A stretch of 64,000 nucleotides of DNA from Eledone cirrhosa (GCA_964016885.1 OZ024743.1:199268001-199332000); one strand, 5' to 3'. Positions 1 to 13,398 are shown, counted from the first letter of the stretch. The notes: generated by a model from the letters alone, not told the origin. A program made the numbers and translations.

Positions 1-135
1 CATTTCTACAGCTGAGTAAACTGGAGCAATGTGAAATGAAGTGTCTTGCTCAAGGAAACAACACATCACCCGATCCGAGAATTGAACCTTTCGATTGCAA
101 GTCCAATGCTCTAACCACTAAGCCATGCGCCTTCA
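1..135 (-). mobile_element. tRNA-derived CORE-SINE, head plus CORE domain (cut by window start)
   Basis: The reverse complement reads GGCGCATGGCTTAGTGGTTAG (A box) ... GGTTCAATTC (B box), then CCTTGAGCAAGACACTT...CTCCAGTTTACTCAGCTGTAGAAATG, which resembles the MIR/CORE domain. Same family as 28051-28433. Confidence 0.85.
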
Positions 136-148
136 CATATGTATATGC

Positions 149-193
<45 letters not shown>

Positions 194-894
194 TTTCTGT
201 GTGTGTTTTGTTTTGGTAATGGTATGTCCTTGTACTGAATATGTCTTTATAAAATAGACTTTATAGATTATGCCATATACTATTGTCGTCTTGTTCTTCT
301 TTTGATAAACATTGGTGCTTGTGAGTGCTCTGAATGTATTTGTGTCCTGTTTTGGTGCAGATATTAGGTACCTTTCAACAATAATCCATGTTGACTTAAC
401 AATCCAAAATGTAGTTTACTATAGTTAATGTTTTGTGTTGTTCCAGATGTGTTCAATATTTTATTTATAGATGTTGTCTCGTCCTTCTTTTGACAACCTT
501 TAATGAGTGAAAATGTTCTGGGTGTATTTGAATTGTGTCACATTTTAGTGTAGGTGTTAGGTACCTTTTAACAGTACTCTATATTGACTTAACCATACAA
601 GATGCAGTTTACTAAAGCTAGTATTTTCTGTTCAATATTTTATTTCTGAGTGAAAAATTACCATGAAAAGATACAAAAAAAAAAAACGTAAAACAATATA
701 CTTATAAAACAAGCAAATACTAGCAGTAGTAGCAGCAGCAGTAGCAGCATCAACAGCGGGAACAGCAACACTGAAATAAAGAAAATATAAACACAATAAA
801 AAAACAAAACTTTGCTGCAAAAACAATATTATAAAGAGTTACTAGAAATATTCTAATCTGAAATATTTAAACAATGCATACTCTGGTGTGATAT

Positions 895-1100
895 AATGGT
901 AGGAGGGGGTGATGTTTGGTAGTGGTGGTGGTGGTGGAGGTAGCAGTGGTGGCGGTGGTGAAGGTAGCAGGGGGGTAGCAGTGGTGATGGTGGCGGTGGT
1001 GGTGAAGGTAGCAGTGGTGATGGCGGGGTGGAGGTGGTGGCGGTGGTGTAGGTAGCAGTGGTGATGCTGGTGGTGGTATGGTGTTGGTGGTTCTGGGTAG
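895..1100. repeat. degenerate (GGT)n/(GGTAGCA) simple repeat
   Basis: Visible GGT-rich triplet repeat that accounts for the Pro/Thr/His ORFs at 842-1163. Confidence 0.85.
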
Positions 1101-1719
1101 CAGTAAGAAATGCACCTCATAGAGTGTATATCCTTTAATGCCTGTAAGCAGGGAATTCTTCAATGAGGGAATCTTTTTGTGGGAATTTGTGTCTGTTTGC
1201 TTTTGCTGTGTATATGTTTATTTGTATTTATCTGTGATCGTGTGTGTATTTGTGTGTGCGCGTGTATGTATGCATGCATATTGTATGTATATGTGGTTAC
1301 AGTTTGCTGCAGATGGAAATTCTGTTATTTTTTTCTTTTGATTATGTGAAACATGGCTTCAGTTTTCTTTATCATTGCCTATTCCTTTCTCATTCTTTTT
1401 ATCATTCTTTTGTTTTTGTCCTTTCCTTTTTCGTTCCTTTCTTTATCCTTTATCTTTTCCTAATATTTCTTTCTCACTTTTTCCTTGTTCTCTCACTTTT
1501 CTTCTTTACCCATTTTCCATCTCCAGCTTCGCCCCCTCTCTATAAATACATGTATAACTAAAGCGTACATATTTTCTCTTGTTGATACTTACATACATAG
1601 TTTTCCTTTCTCTTCCCTTAATCTATCACTATTTTTCTCATCATTTTAGTATTCCTTTTGTTTATATAATCTACCATTTTAAATCTCATTTGTTTAATGG
1701 TTAGTAAAGGAGGAAGTCT

Positions 1720-1962
1720 AAAGTTTGTCTTAGGCTCATTTGGCCAGTGCTCGTCCTGGTTTCATGGCGTGAAGTGACTGAGAGTACAAAACTTCACCCC
1801 TGGACAGGACGCCAATCCATCGCAGGGTTAAACTTCCAACTATTGCTGGTACTCATTTTCAGCTGAGTATATCGGAGCAACGTGAAATGAAGTGTTTTGC
1901 TCACGAACAAAACACGCAACCCAGGAATCGAACCCACGATGTTATGATCGTAAGTCTAACAC
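1720..1962 (-). mobile_element. CORE-SINE with alternative 3' region (type B)
   Basis: tRNA-like head and CORE domain on the minus strand, followed by CCCTGCGATGGATTGGCGTCCTGTCCAGGGG. A related copy lies at 51488-51720 (+). Confidence 0.75.
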
Positions 1963-2324
1963 CAAAGGAAGAAGAGCCGTGCCTATATCCGTTTTCAGGG
2001 CCTCTGAAACTGGTTGGAAAGAGGTATTATCTAAATAGAGGCCTGGTCTAAATGCTTGCAATAGATTAAAAGCTGCTAAAGATACCCAAAGCAAGGTGAG
2101 GATAATAGACTGGACAACAAACTAATTCTACCATTCAAGTAAACCACAGCATGATTTGACTTCATGGTGCACAGCATCGTATCTGTTTATTTTAACAATT
2201 CAGCCAATTTTTCTACCATGGACAGGTCATTTTTTTATCATTCCTGAAAGGATGAAAGGCAAAATTGACATGATCAGGATTTGAACTCTGTCCAGAGAGT
2301 CATAACAAATACGTTCCCAGTTGA

Positions 2325-2956
2325 CTAGGAGATGCGAAGATCTAATAGTGGTAAAAAATGGTGGTTAGTGCATGTGTCAGAAATTCTTGTCTCAGTGATC
2401 TGAGGTCGTTCAGCAAGCAACCCTTCTTCCAGCACGACTCCAGGGAAAATGCACCTGTAATTCAGCGTTCTTCTTTCCGTTGCTGTCATTACCTCTGTCG
2501 AAACGTTTAGATTGGCCCAGGTGTATTCTCTTGTTAAGCTGTTTACTGCCTGGGTCAAACGTTCTCTGCTGTCAGAAATGTCTATGGTGTACAGAGTTTG
2601 TGCTTTTGCAGCTGTGGCTGCAAAAGTACTCTTGTTGTTGTTGTTGCTGCTGCTCATGTTGTTGTCATTCTTTTTGTTTTTACAGTTTTGCTGCTTTTCA
2701 TTGTTGCTGTTAATGTTGTCGCTGTTCACGAAATTGTTTGTGTTGTCATTATTGCCGTTGTTACACTCGTTTGTTGTTGGTGCTGCTACTGTTTCTATTG
2801 TTGCTGTTGCTTCAGGTAGTGATAGTAGTGGTAACACTGTTCATAATGGCGGTGGTGGGGTGTCACTCCTCTCAACGTTTGAGTAGCTGTCACGTGAATG
2901 CAGGCTTAACGAGAGGAGGCGTATTCCGTCCATCTTTTTGAAAGAAAAAAAATTTT
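2325..2956 (-). other. candidate host exon (non-repetitive, Asn-rich frame with one in-frame TGA)
   Basis: Strong acceptor TTTTAATTTTATTGTTTCAG ending at 2957 and an upstream GTAAGT donor at 3109. ORFs 2841..3059 and 2325..2837 are in the same frame, separated by one TGA. No recognisable domain. Confidence 0.3.
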
Positions 2957-3182
2957 CTGAAACAATAAAATTAAAATATGCTAAAATATGCTGAATTTTG
3001 GTCCAAGTCCAAAATATCATGGGGTCGCCGTGTAACATCCTATCAACAGTTTGTGACAAAAATATAACAGTGAATTTACTGTAAACACGTGAAAATTAAC
3101 AAAACTTACGGAGTGACATTCACCTACGTCTTGACAGACTAAACAACAAAGTTAATAGCGATAACAATACTACTAATAATAA

Positions 3183-3310
3183 TTGTTTCTACTATTGGCA
3201 CGAGGCCAGCAATTACCCAGTACATTACTGGTACTTTATTTTATCGACCCCGTACGGATGAAAGGCAAGGTTAACCTCGGCGAGGTTTGAACTCAGACCA
3301 TAACTCTATG
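3183..3310 (-). mobile_element. tRNA-derived SINE family 2, partial
   Basis: Matches the GAGTTCAAA..GCCGAGGTTAAC..GCCTTTCATCC..GGGTCGATAAAATAAAGTACCAGTAATG..GCTGGCCT body of 8313-8502. Confidence 0.8.
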
Positions 3311-3339
3311 ACTACTACTACTACTAATGATAATAAGTG

Positions 3340-3960
3340 TGACATGCGCAAAAGTGAGAAATGTTAGCACCAACCAGAAAGGGTTTCTGTAAAAGAACGA
3401 TATAAAATCTTGTGGGACATGATCATCCAGTGCGACCATCTTGGCCAGAAAATCTGACATTGTTGTCCTAGAAAAAAAGAAAAACAAGACAAATTTTATT
3501 AATACTTAAAATCTGTTTTATTATTCGTATCGAATGAAAATATAACAGATATAAACATATAATAAATACAATTAAATATTGCTAGGAACCTTACAAATAT
3601 AATGCACAAAAATATATGATCACAACGAGAGCAAAAGAAAATAAATAAACAACCATCAAGAAAAAAATGAGGAAATTGTGGATAATTTTAAATGTAGAAG
3701 TGGTAGCGATTTTGGTGGCGCACAGGGAGCAGTTAGTAAAAGGTTAACTACAATGGCGTGAGAAGCTAGAAATTACCATCAGGACGGGATTGTTTCAGAA
3801 AACAGCCTTGCTTGAAACTGCAATGATTCTAAGGAGGATGTTGGAAATTTGAAGGAGAAGGAATCATTCAAAGGACCTTTAGGCACTGGAATTGGCTCGT
3901 TCATTTGGTATAGTGTCGGTATAACATTTGTCAGAACAAAAACGTAACGAATAAAATAAT
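3340..3960 (+). mobile_element. degenerate R4/Dong-type LINE 3' fragment (restriction-like endonuclease C-terminus)
   Basis: Translates across frameshifts to HQPERV..YKILWDMIIQCDH..ARKSDIVVLEKK and ..EKLEITIRTGLFQKTALLETAMILRRMLEI*. This matches the ILWD..IQTD..RPD and LQK.ALLGTA.ILR motifs of R4-clade elements, and it ends in an (AAT)n tail. Confidence 0.8.
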
Positions 3961-3967
3961 AATGACA

Positions 3968-4246
3968 AGTGTTCCAATTGACCCGATCAACAGAACAGCC
4001 TGATCGTGAAATTAATTTGCAAGTGGCTTAGCATTCTACTGACACGTACCTATAACGTAGTTCTCAGGGAGATTCAGTGTGGCGCCGAACGTGACAAGCC
4101 TGGCCCTTCCAATTACTGGTACAACTCATTTTAGCCAGCAGAGTGGACTACAGCAACGTGAAATAAAGTGTCTTGCTTAAGGACACAATGCGTTGCCGGG
4201 AATTGAACTCACGAGCTTAAGATTGTGAGCCGAATTCCCTAACTAC
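3968..4246 (-). mobile_element. CORE-SINE with alternative 3' region (type C)
   Basis: Head GTGAGTTCAATTCCC plus the CORE sequence CCTTAAGCAAGACACTTTATTTCACGTTGCT, with a distinct tail. A related copy lies at 32165-32400 (+). Confidence 0.75.
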
Positions 4247-4369
4247 AAAATATATACAGAATATTAATAATATTTATACTATAAAGAAGGAATGCATAAA
4301 TATAGGTGAGTATGTAAGTAAGCATGTATAATTTAGTTTATTTTAATACATATTTAATTTTAATATTGA

Positions 4370-4542
4370 CGGTGGATTGGCAGTACCGGGAGAGGGTTGG
4401 CCGCTATCATTTGAGTTACGGCCCTTTATGATCTGAGTTCAAATTGCGCCGAGGTTAACGTTGCCTTTCACCATTACGATAAAATAAAGCACTAGTACTG
4501 CACTGATGTAATTGCTGGCCTTGTTCCAAATGTAGAAACAAT
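4370..4542 (+). mobile_element. tRNA-derived SINE family 2
   Basis: GGTGGATTGGCAGTA..GAGTTCAAATT..GCCGAGGTTAAC..GTAGAAACAAT, homologous to 8313-8502. Confidence 0.8.
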
Positions 4543-5823
4543 ATTGATATTAAAAGAAAACTTTAACGATTAACGTTTCTCCTAAATTCTACAGTAATCG
4601 ATGTTTAAATTGCTGAGAAATCGAATACTTTTGCGACTGGAATAATAATTTACAATAGCACATTCAATTTTTGTTCAATAAAAGTCTTTTAAATACTAAT
4701 AACTTTTCTAAAAAATTTCTTCAAAATAAGGCTGGGTCTTATATCCCGAAAAATATATTAATGATGATAATGTTTATGTGTGTGTGTGCGTGTGTCTTCA
4801 TCTGATCTTGCAAATTCACATCTCTCTGAATAGAGTAGGACTTTTATTTTCCCTCTGACCGACCATATTAAATAAATCATGCATTAAATTAATATTTCTT
4901 TCCGATGCCGTTTATGATTACAGAAAAATGTTCATATGGTAACTGTTTTCTAGCTATACGACAGGCTTCAATTATTTAACCGATCGAGTGAGTTTACTTC
5001 AAAATGATGGAACTGTTTAGAAATTAACTTGGACCTTCAGACTCTTGGTTGTTTAAGGATTGAACGAAATCTCATTGCTCAAAAGATGTTTCCGCCATAT
5101 TCTGTGATAACTGAGTTTATTTTTCATTCGTTTGTTTCTATAATGTTGTATTGTCCACCACACATCTTTCCAACGGCCGTTATTTCAATCCGCAGTACAT
5201 CCTGGAATTAATAATACTATACCACCTTTATGCACTAAATTATATTTTTTAGACGGTGGCTGATAAAGAAAATAGATGCTTTTGTTCGTTTGTCTTTCAT
5301 ATCTGTATTCGAGTATACGACTTTGCTACCATGCCAGGATGGAAGGCAGGCATAAAATCATATAACCATGATGATGATGATGATATCTGTGTGTGGCTAA
5401 ATGTTTTCAGAATAGCAACTGGTAGTTGACAAGGACAATTAAGTATTATATGTCTGTTCTGTGGGCATATCAATTCTAAAGTTAGTGTCAGGATCTGAAC
5501 TGTTGTTGGTCCAACAGTCTGTAAATCTGTCACCTTATTGACTTAGCCAGTTGCAAATTTCACATGTTTATATTCATGCAAACAAAAACTTCTGTGCATA
5601 AATATAAATGTGTTGTAGTTCTCAAGAGAGATGGGTAACAAATAGTAGAACAAAACAAAAATAGAGTGAATTGAACTTATAACCTCGATCACTTATACCT
5701 TGACCAAGATGAAATGCTTTTAAAAACGCTCTTCATTACCAATTCTGTTGAGTTTAGGAACTCTAGCTTGCCATAATGCCAAAAGATCAATCATTCGAAT
5801 TAGAAATTTGTATATCACTTTAT

Positions 5824-5826
<3 letters not shown>

Positions 5827-5911
<85 letters not shown>

Positions 5912-5946
5912 ATATATATATATATATGTGTATATATATATATATA

Positions 5947-5990
<44 letters not shown>

Positions 5991-6006
5991 TGTGTATATA
6001 TATATA

Positions 6007-6065
<59 letters not shown>

Positions 6066-6068
6066 AAG

Positions 6069-6131
<63 letters not shown>

Positions 6132-6135
6132 ATAC

Positions 6136-6172
<37 letters not shown>

Positions 6173-6228
6173 CATATATATATATATATATATACATACA
6201 TAAATATATATATATATATATATATATA
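5827..6228. repeat. (TA)n / (TG)n / (CA)n compound microsatellite
   Basis: Directly visible. Similar blocks occur at 25790-26450, 26881-27068, 27889-28049, 38430-38790, 45140-45410 and elsewhere. Confidence 0.95.
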
Positions 6229-6728
6229 GGCGTGTGTGTGTGTATATATATATGTATGTATATTTATTCATTCATTCAAACTATATTTAATCTGTTTTTG
6301 TGAATGTTTGTTTGTGTTGTTCTTGTTGCTTGTTTATAAGATTTTTTCTGTTCATATCGTTGTTGTTATAGTTGGTAGGGTTAGAAGAAGAAGAAGAAGA
6401 AGAAGAAGAAGAAAACGGAAAAGAAGAACAAAAACATCAACAACAACAACAACAATAAAACTATCAACAGCAACAAAAAGAAATAGTAATATTCAATCTG
6501 TGTTGAAAAATACTGAGAGTTATCCATCAATGTCAATTTGGTATAACGGAATAGAAACGGTGCCCATTCATAAGTCCCCACCCCACTACAGAATATACCT
6601 GACACCCATACTATTGAATTCATTGACACGTAGAACTTATTAGTTAGTTTGTGGGAAGAGGTTGTGAAGGTAGTAGAAATGCATATATATATACATATAT
6701 ATTATATTATATTATATTATATTACATA

Positions 6729-6760
<32 letters not shown>

Positions 6761-6789
6761 CATATATGTACACTCACACGCACACACAT

Positions 6790-6831
<42 letters not shown>

Positions 6832-7610
6832 GTGTGTGTGTATATATATATATTAGTTTGCTAATTTTTTGCGGTTGTTGTTGTAGTTGATAGCGGTGGT
6901 GGCGGTGTTGTTGTTACCGTTGCTGGTGGTGTTCATGGTGGCGCTGAGGGTAAGCGATCTCTCATAATTTCTTCTTGTTGTGGTGGTGGTGGTGGTGGGG
7001 GGGGGGTGATCTCTCATAATTTGTTGTTGTTTTTGTTGGTGGTGGTGGTGGTGGTGGTGTTCAGGTGGCGCTGGGGGTAAGTGATCCCTCATAATAACTC
7101 TAAATTCTCATTAAATAAACAATTTTACCTTTGACATTTTTGACCTGGGACTTTATTTTTATTATGGATTTTAGATTTAAGCATTTGTTTATAAATATGT
7201 GTGTGAGAAGGAGTGTGTAAATGTATGTATGTATGTATGTATGTATGTATGTATGTATGTATGTATGTATTTATGTATGTATGTATGTATGTGTGTGTGC
7301 GTGTGTGTGTGTCTGTCTGTCTGTATGTTTATGTGTGTTTGTCTGTCTATGTGTTTGTGTGTTTTTGAAAACATTGTTGCATGAGGTAAACATTTTCAAC
7401 TATTCTTCCGTACACACAAAAAAAAAAAAAAGAAATGAGATTTTCATTATGCATTTCTTATGTCTGTGTCCTCATCGAAGACTTTTAATGGAAAATCAAT
7501 TGTTTTATTTATATTAGGTTTATCTCAAACCCTCAAATATACGCTGTATTGTAGTATAATTATTTATTCTATATTTATTTACATTGCCAAACGTATGCAT
7601 ACCGTGCAAC

Positions 7611-7871
7611 TTAAACCGTGCAACGTAAACCAGCCATTTCAACTATTTTCTATCTCTCGTATTACATAGATTTCATACAGCAATATTCTTCAATTAGGGG
7701 TGTAAGTATTGAAATGTTATGTAAAATAGGAAGGCGGAATAATTGGGTAGATAAATATAAAAAAATAAACGAATTTTATGCATGAGATAAATTGCAGAAA
7801 AATATGAACAAAATGTTATATTTCTTCTCTCAGACACTAATTTTATACACTGGGTAGTTGCAACGGGTTAA
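7611..7871. mobile_element. putative piggyBac-type MITE
   Basis: TTAA-ACCGTGCAAC ... GTTGCAACGGG-TTAA gives imperfect terminal inverted repeats (TIRs) flanked by TTAA. Confidence 0.5.
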
Positions 7872-8312
7872 ATTTCTGAATATTTTCAACCTTTAACGTA
7901 AGCAAGAAAATATTTTCTCAGAATTCCTGTTAAGTGGGTATTCTTGGGAAAGCAATATTCATTCTATTTCAGAAATGCAAAATTACAATGGCTTGTTAAA
8001 ATGAAGATAACGGTTAACGAAACGTTATTTTCTACCTAATGTAAAAGTTCATATTATTCAAACTGAGTTTCTATATATTTAGACACTGTAGTATCAATCT
8101 ATAAAGCTGATATTACCGACTTTTGAAAAAGTTTGTTAATCCAATATATCATTCAGAGATCGCATTAGTAGAACAGAGAATACTTTCGTTAAAAGTTTGC
8201 TTGCAGTTGAGTGAAGCATGTTTACGGGTGTATATAGCTTGTAAGTTAGTGGTGACGAAGAAGCATTAAATTAATAAGAACATTAATTTAATACTGATAC
8301 TACTAATCCACA

Positions 8313-8502
8313 AGGGCGGTGGATTGGTAGTATCAGTAGAGGGTCGGACAGCATGCTTTGAAGCATAGAGTTACGTCCCTTTATGATCTGAGTTCAAATC
8401 CCGCCGAGGTTAACTTTGCCTTTCATCCTTACGGAGTCGATAAAATAAAGTACCAGTAATGTACTGGTTAATTGCTGGCCTTGTGCCAAAAGTAGAAACA
8501 AT
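8313..8502 (+). mobile_element. tRNA-derived SINE family 2, full length
   Basis: GGCGGTGGATTGGTAGTATCAGTAGAG (A-box-like), GAGTTCAAATCC (B box), a conserved body and an AGAAACAATT end. About ten copies are present in the window. Confidence 0.85.
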
Positions 8503-8905
8503 TAAATTAATAAGAACATTGTACACAGGTTCTATTGTAAAAAAAACTTCATCAACTGGGGAGATTGAATGACGGATGAGAAAATTACAAATGAGGCATC
8601 TATACATCATGGCTTATAATGGCAAATGCTTGTACAACGTATCTTTAACGGTCGACTGATGAGATGTGACTACTGGCTGCATTTTCTTGTCTTCGCCCAT
8701 ATTCGTTTATGCATTTCTATTCATTATATATATATTGCATATGATTGAACAATATATATTGTAGTCAGCATATGTAGATACTTATAATAGACACCGAAAC
8801 ATATGTTAAAGATTGAACTCTCAATAAATTTCTCCTTCTGACCACTTCGTCCTGCTTAGTTTTTCCTGTTTTTCCTGGTACCATATTTATATATATGTAT
8901 ATGTA

Positions 8906-8939
<34 letters not shown>

Positions 8940-9015
8940 GGTATTGAAGTTTCCGTTGAAAATTGAAAAAGTCATAGGAGTGAAGAGTGCTCTATGTAAG
9001 TACCAGAGCAAAATT

Positions 9016-9225
9016 TAATGTATAAAAAACAATACAATATAATTACCTCATTACCAGAGGTTTCCCGAATAAGACGAATACGAAAGGAACGTCTTCATTC
9101 GTTCGTCGGACGAGGCAATATATATATTGCCTCGTCCGACGAACGAATGAAGACGTTTATTTCGTATTCGTCTTATTCGGGAAACCTCTGGTAATGAGGT
9201 AATTATATTGTATTGTTTTTTATAC

Positions 9226-9229
<4 letters not shown>
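9016..9229. mobile_element. 214-bp near-perfect palindromic element with degenerate hammerhead-like motif
   Basis: The arms are reverse complements around a central CAATATATATATTG. The right arm has CCGACGA, a stem, then GAAAC-CTC..GAG-GTA. It sits next to a (TA)n tract. Confidence 0.8.
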
Positions 9230-9305
<76 letters not shown>

Positions 9306-9553
9306 TATATAACAATTGTTACTACAGAGTAATGCAAACAACAACAAAAGGACGACAGTATTTATAACAAAAATTGTAAAAACGACAACAACCACGGCAT
9401 TATCAGCAGCTCCCACCCCCCCCAAAAAAAAAAATATCCATTTTCTAACAAATAAGATAATCGTCCAATATATGATGAAGAGTTTATCGGAGGAATGAAA
9501 CGTAGCTTCTAGAAACAGTGTAAAAGAAAAAAGACAAAAAAATACATCAACAT

Positions 9554-9626
<73 letters not shown>

Positions 9627-10282
9627 TTCATTTATTTGCCACAAGGGCACCAGATGTAGGGAAATTTACAAGCATAGGTTACATAGAGTGTGATGCTGAT
9701 TTTCATGGAAATTGAACGACAACAACAACAATAATAATAATATTAATAATAATAATAATTTCGTTATTATTGTAATAATAATACTCAGAATGACAACATG
9801 ATATCAAAGAAGCATTCCTATTGGAAATCTATAGAATGAGTTTATCAACGATTTTGTATATCAGAAATGTACAAAACAGTAAGATTGTTATTTGTGGCAA
9901 GAAAGAGAGAGGGGAGATGGGGGGGAAAGGAGGTTGTTGCTGTTGGTGATGTTTATGTTTTTGTCTTTTATTGTTGCTGCTGTTGTTTTTGTTTTGGAAA
10001 TAATCTTTTGCAACCTCCCGCTCACATTCTCACACCACATGGAAGCTGAAAGTGAAAATGAAAGCTGTGGTGGTGGTGGTGGTGGTGGTGGTGGTGGTAG
10101 GAGTGGAATTGGAGGTGGTGAGAGTAGTAGTGGAGGTAAGTGTGGTAAGTGGTGATGGTTATGTTGTAATTGTTGGTGGTGTACTTGTTGTTGTAGTACT
10201 TGCTGGTGGTAGTGGTAATGGTGTTTGTTGTTGTTGGTAGTGGTGCTGGTGCTGTTGTTGTTGTTGTTATTAGTGGCTGTGG

Positions 10283-11070
10283 TGGAGTTAACACTGGTGC
10301 TTGTAGTGATGGTAATGGTGATGCTGGTAGCGCTGGTGCTGTTGGTGGTGCTTATGTTGTTGGCTGTGGTGATGGTAACACTGGTGCTGGTAGTGATGGT
10401 GATGGTGATGCTGGTAGTGCTGGTGCTGTTGGTGGTGCTTATGTTGTTGGCTGTGGTGATGGTAACACTGGTGCTGGTAGTGATGGTGATGGTGATGCTG
10501 GTAGCACTGGTGCTGTTGGTGGTGCTTATGTTGTTGGCTGTGGTGATGGTAACACTGGTGCTGGTAGTGATGGTGATGGTGATGCTGGTAGCACTGGTGC
10601 TGTTGGTGGTGCTTATGTTGTTGGCTGTGGTGATGGTAACACTGGTGCTGGTAGTGATGGTGATGGTGATGCTGGTAGCACTGGTGCTGTTGGTGGTGCT
10701 TATGTTGTTGGCTGTGGTGATGGTAACACTGGTGCTGGTAGTGATGGTGATGGTGATGCTGGTAGCACTGGTGCTGTTGGTGGTGCTTATGTTGTTGGCT
10801 GTGGTGATGGTAACACTGGTGCTGGTAGTGATGGTGATGGTGATGCTGGTAGCGCTGGTGCTGTTGGTGGTGCTTATGTTGTTGGCTGTGGTGATGGTAA
10901 CACTGGTGCTGGTAGTGATGGTGATGGTGATGCTGGTAGCGCTGGTGCTGTTGGTGGTGCTTATGTTGTTGGCTGTGGTGATGGTAACACTGGTGCTTGT
11001 AGTGATGGTGATGGTGATGCTGGTGCTGTTGGTGGTGCTTATGTTGTTGGCTGTGGTGGAGGTAACACTG
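10283..11070. repeat. 87-bp minisatellite, about 9 copies, built from GGT/GAT/GCT triplets
   Basis: The ORF track shows a 29-aa periodicity (TGAGSDGDGDAGSTGAVGGAYVVGCGDGN), and the copies are nearly identical. Confidence 0.95.
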
Positions 11071-13398
11071 CTGCTCGTAGTGATGGTGGTGTTGGTGGTG
11101 CTAGTGATGCTTATGCTGTTGTTGATGGTATTGGTGGTGGTGGTGGTGGTGGTGGGGTTGATGGGGAGAATGATAATGGTAATGAGGATGAATGTCTCAC
11201 TAAACACTAAACAAGACCGTCAGGGAAATGGGATATTCGATGACGGAAACCATTTTCAATGAATCATTTCATAGAAAATAGCATCTCTTTTATGAAATTG
11301 GAAACTGTTAATCGGCACATATTTTCATCATTATTTTTCCTTCCTAGTGTCAAAAGGTAGCAAGAGTAAAAAAAAGAAACAAAAAAAATCACAAATAAAT
11401 AAATAAAATTAAAAAAATAAAAAAACAATCATAATAAATATATAAATAAAATAATAATTATCATAATTACAAAATAAAAAAATAAAATAAACATAGTAAA
11501 ATGAGAAATTGTGACAGTATCCAAATATATATATTTATATATATATATATATATACATATGAAAAAATATATATGCATATATATAAATATGTATATATAT
11601 GAAAATCATTAAGTATGTTTGTATGTGTAAATGAATAATAATTATTATTATAATGATGATCATGATGTTGGTGGTGATGATGGTAATGATAATTAAGGTG
11701 ATGGTGGTGATGATAATGATGAAGAAGGTGATGATGGTGATAATTATGGTGATGGTGATGATGATAATGATGAAGAAGTTGATGATGGTGATAATTATGG
11801 TGGTGGTGGTGATGATGATGGTGATAATGGTGATGAAGGGGAAGTTGGTGGTGGGGATGGTGGTGGTAGTGGAAGTGGTGCTGGTGGTGGTGATGATTAA
11901 AACAACAATGTATTCGTTATTTTTGTAAGATTTGCAAGATATATTTGCAAGCATGCAGTGTCATAGACAATCTAATGACATATTAATTTGTGATCTTTAA
12001 CAGAGTGTAACATTTTTTTTTTTCTTAATAATTTTTTCCAGATTATAAAACACTGAATTTATTTTTTAATTCGAAAATATTAAATAATTAAAAAAATAAA
12101 GCTTTAAAAAGAAAAAAATAATTAGGAAAATATTAAGAAAGGAAGGATGAAATTGGTATGAAATTGGTGTAACGGAAAATGAGCTGATTGTTTCAGAATT
12201 CAGAATTCCTCCAGATGGAATTTAAGGGGAGGGATACCTTAGCATTTGAGAAAGAATTCTAGAAAAAAATAAAAAATATTAAGAGAGAAAAAAGCAAGAA
12301 ATTCTTCTGTGTTCAATAATGTTGTCATACAACCTGTGACTCTCAAATGAAATCATAATTAGGACACTGAGGTCATCAATTTTAGAGGTGAGAGAGTAGA
12401 GATTTGGCAGAGTTGAGGTCTGGAGGGAGGGATATTATGTTGTTTTTTTCACTTTTGCTAGTAAGACAATGTTAATGCTTTTATATTTGAAAATAGCATT
12501 TCATAAATCTATCGTCATCATCATCATCATCATTGTTTAACATCCATTTTCCACACTAGATGGGTTGGCCTATTTGAAGCACGTTGGGTATGGTGACTGT
12601 GTATTGCTTATGCAGAACTGTTTCTGGCTTGGGTTCTATGGCTGGATGCCCTTACTAATGACAACCACACACCCAAACACATATATATGTGTGTGTGTGT
12701 GTTTGAGTGAGATAGAGAGAGTGTATGTATGTGTGTGTGTGGGTTTGTGTATGTGTGTGTCTCTCATTCTGTCTGCCTGTGTGTTTATGTGTGTATATAT
12801 ATATATGTATATGTATATATTTATCATCATCATCATCATCATCATCATTTTACGTCCGCTTTTCCCTGTTTGCAAGGGTGGGACGTGAACTGATTCTAGC
12901 TTATAAATTCATAACCTTTCTTTCAATGTTCAAGCACATATCACTATGAATCCTCTAATGTCTATTTTCCATTCTCACATCAGTTAGACATGTTTTCACT
13001 GTCTGAATTAAGATAGGTCAGCTGACTTTCACCCTCATATATTGCATTCTGGCTTGTTTTCTGTGTCTGAATATCTTTTCTCATGCCACCTGCTTTACAG
13101 TTCATACTGGGGACATAGGTTCTATGGCTCATGACTTCCCTAAAACCAACCAAATTACAGCATGTACTAGAATATTTTCTCATGATTCTGACACTGCCAA
13201 CTTACAGGGTAGACTAGGTAATTTGATCGTGGCCCTCAGCAGTACCATTTTAAAGATTGGGTTGGTTATATTTTTATTGGGACACCATCACTCGTGAGAC
13301 ATTGACAAGATGAAGAAGAGAGAGAGAGAGATGCAGACAAACAGATATATATATATGTTCTTTTAGTGGCTTCAGTCATGGGATTGTGGCCATGCTGG

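Noticed and set aside
5720-6303. Long YI/IY, HT and CV-repeat ORFs here and at about 25.7-28.1, 38.3-40.4, 45.1 and 54.8-55.5 kb
   Set aside because: These are translations of (TA)n, (CA)n and (TG)n microsatellites, which lack stop codons.
13101-13217. Possible + strand exon (TTTACAG acceptor, open frame, GTAATT donor); similar candidates at 39022-39118 and 15042-15166
   Set aside because: There is no recognisable protein similarity and the phases do not chain into a gene model, so they cannot be supported without RNA data.
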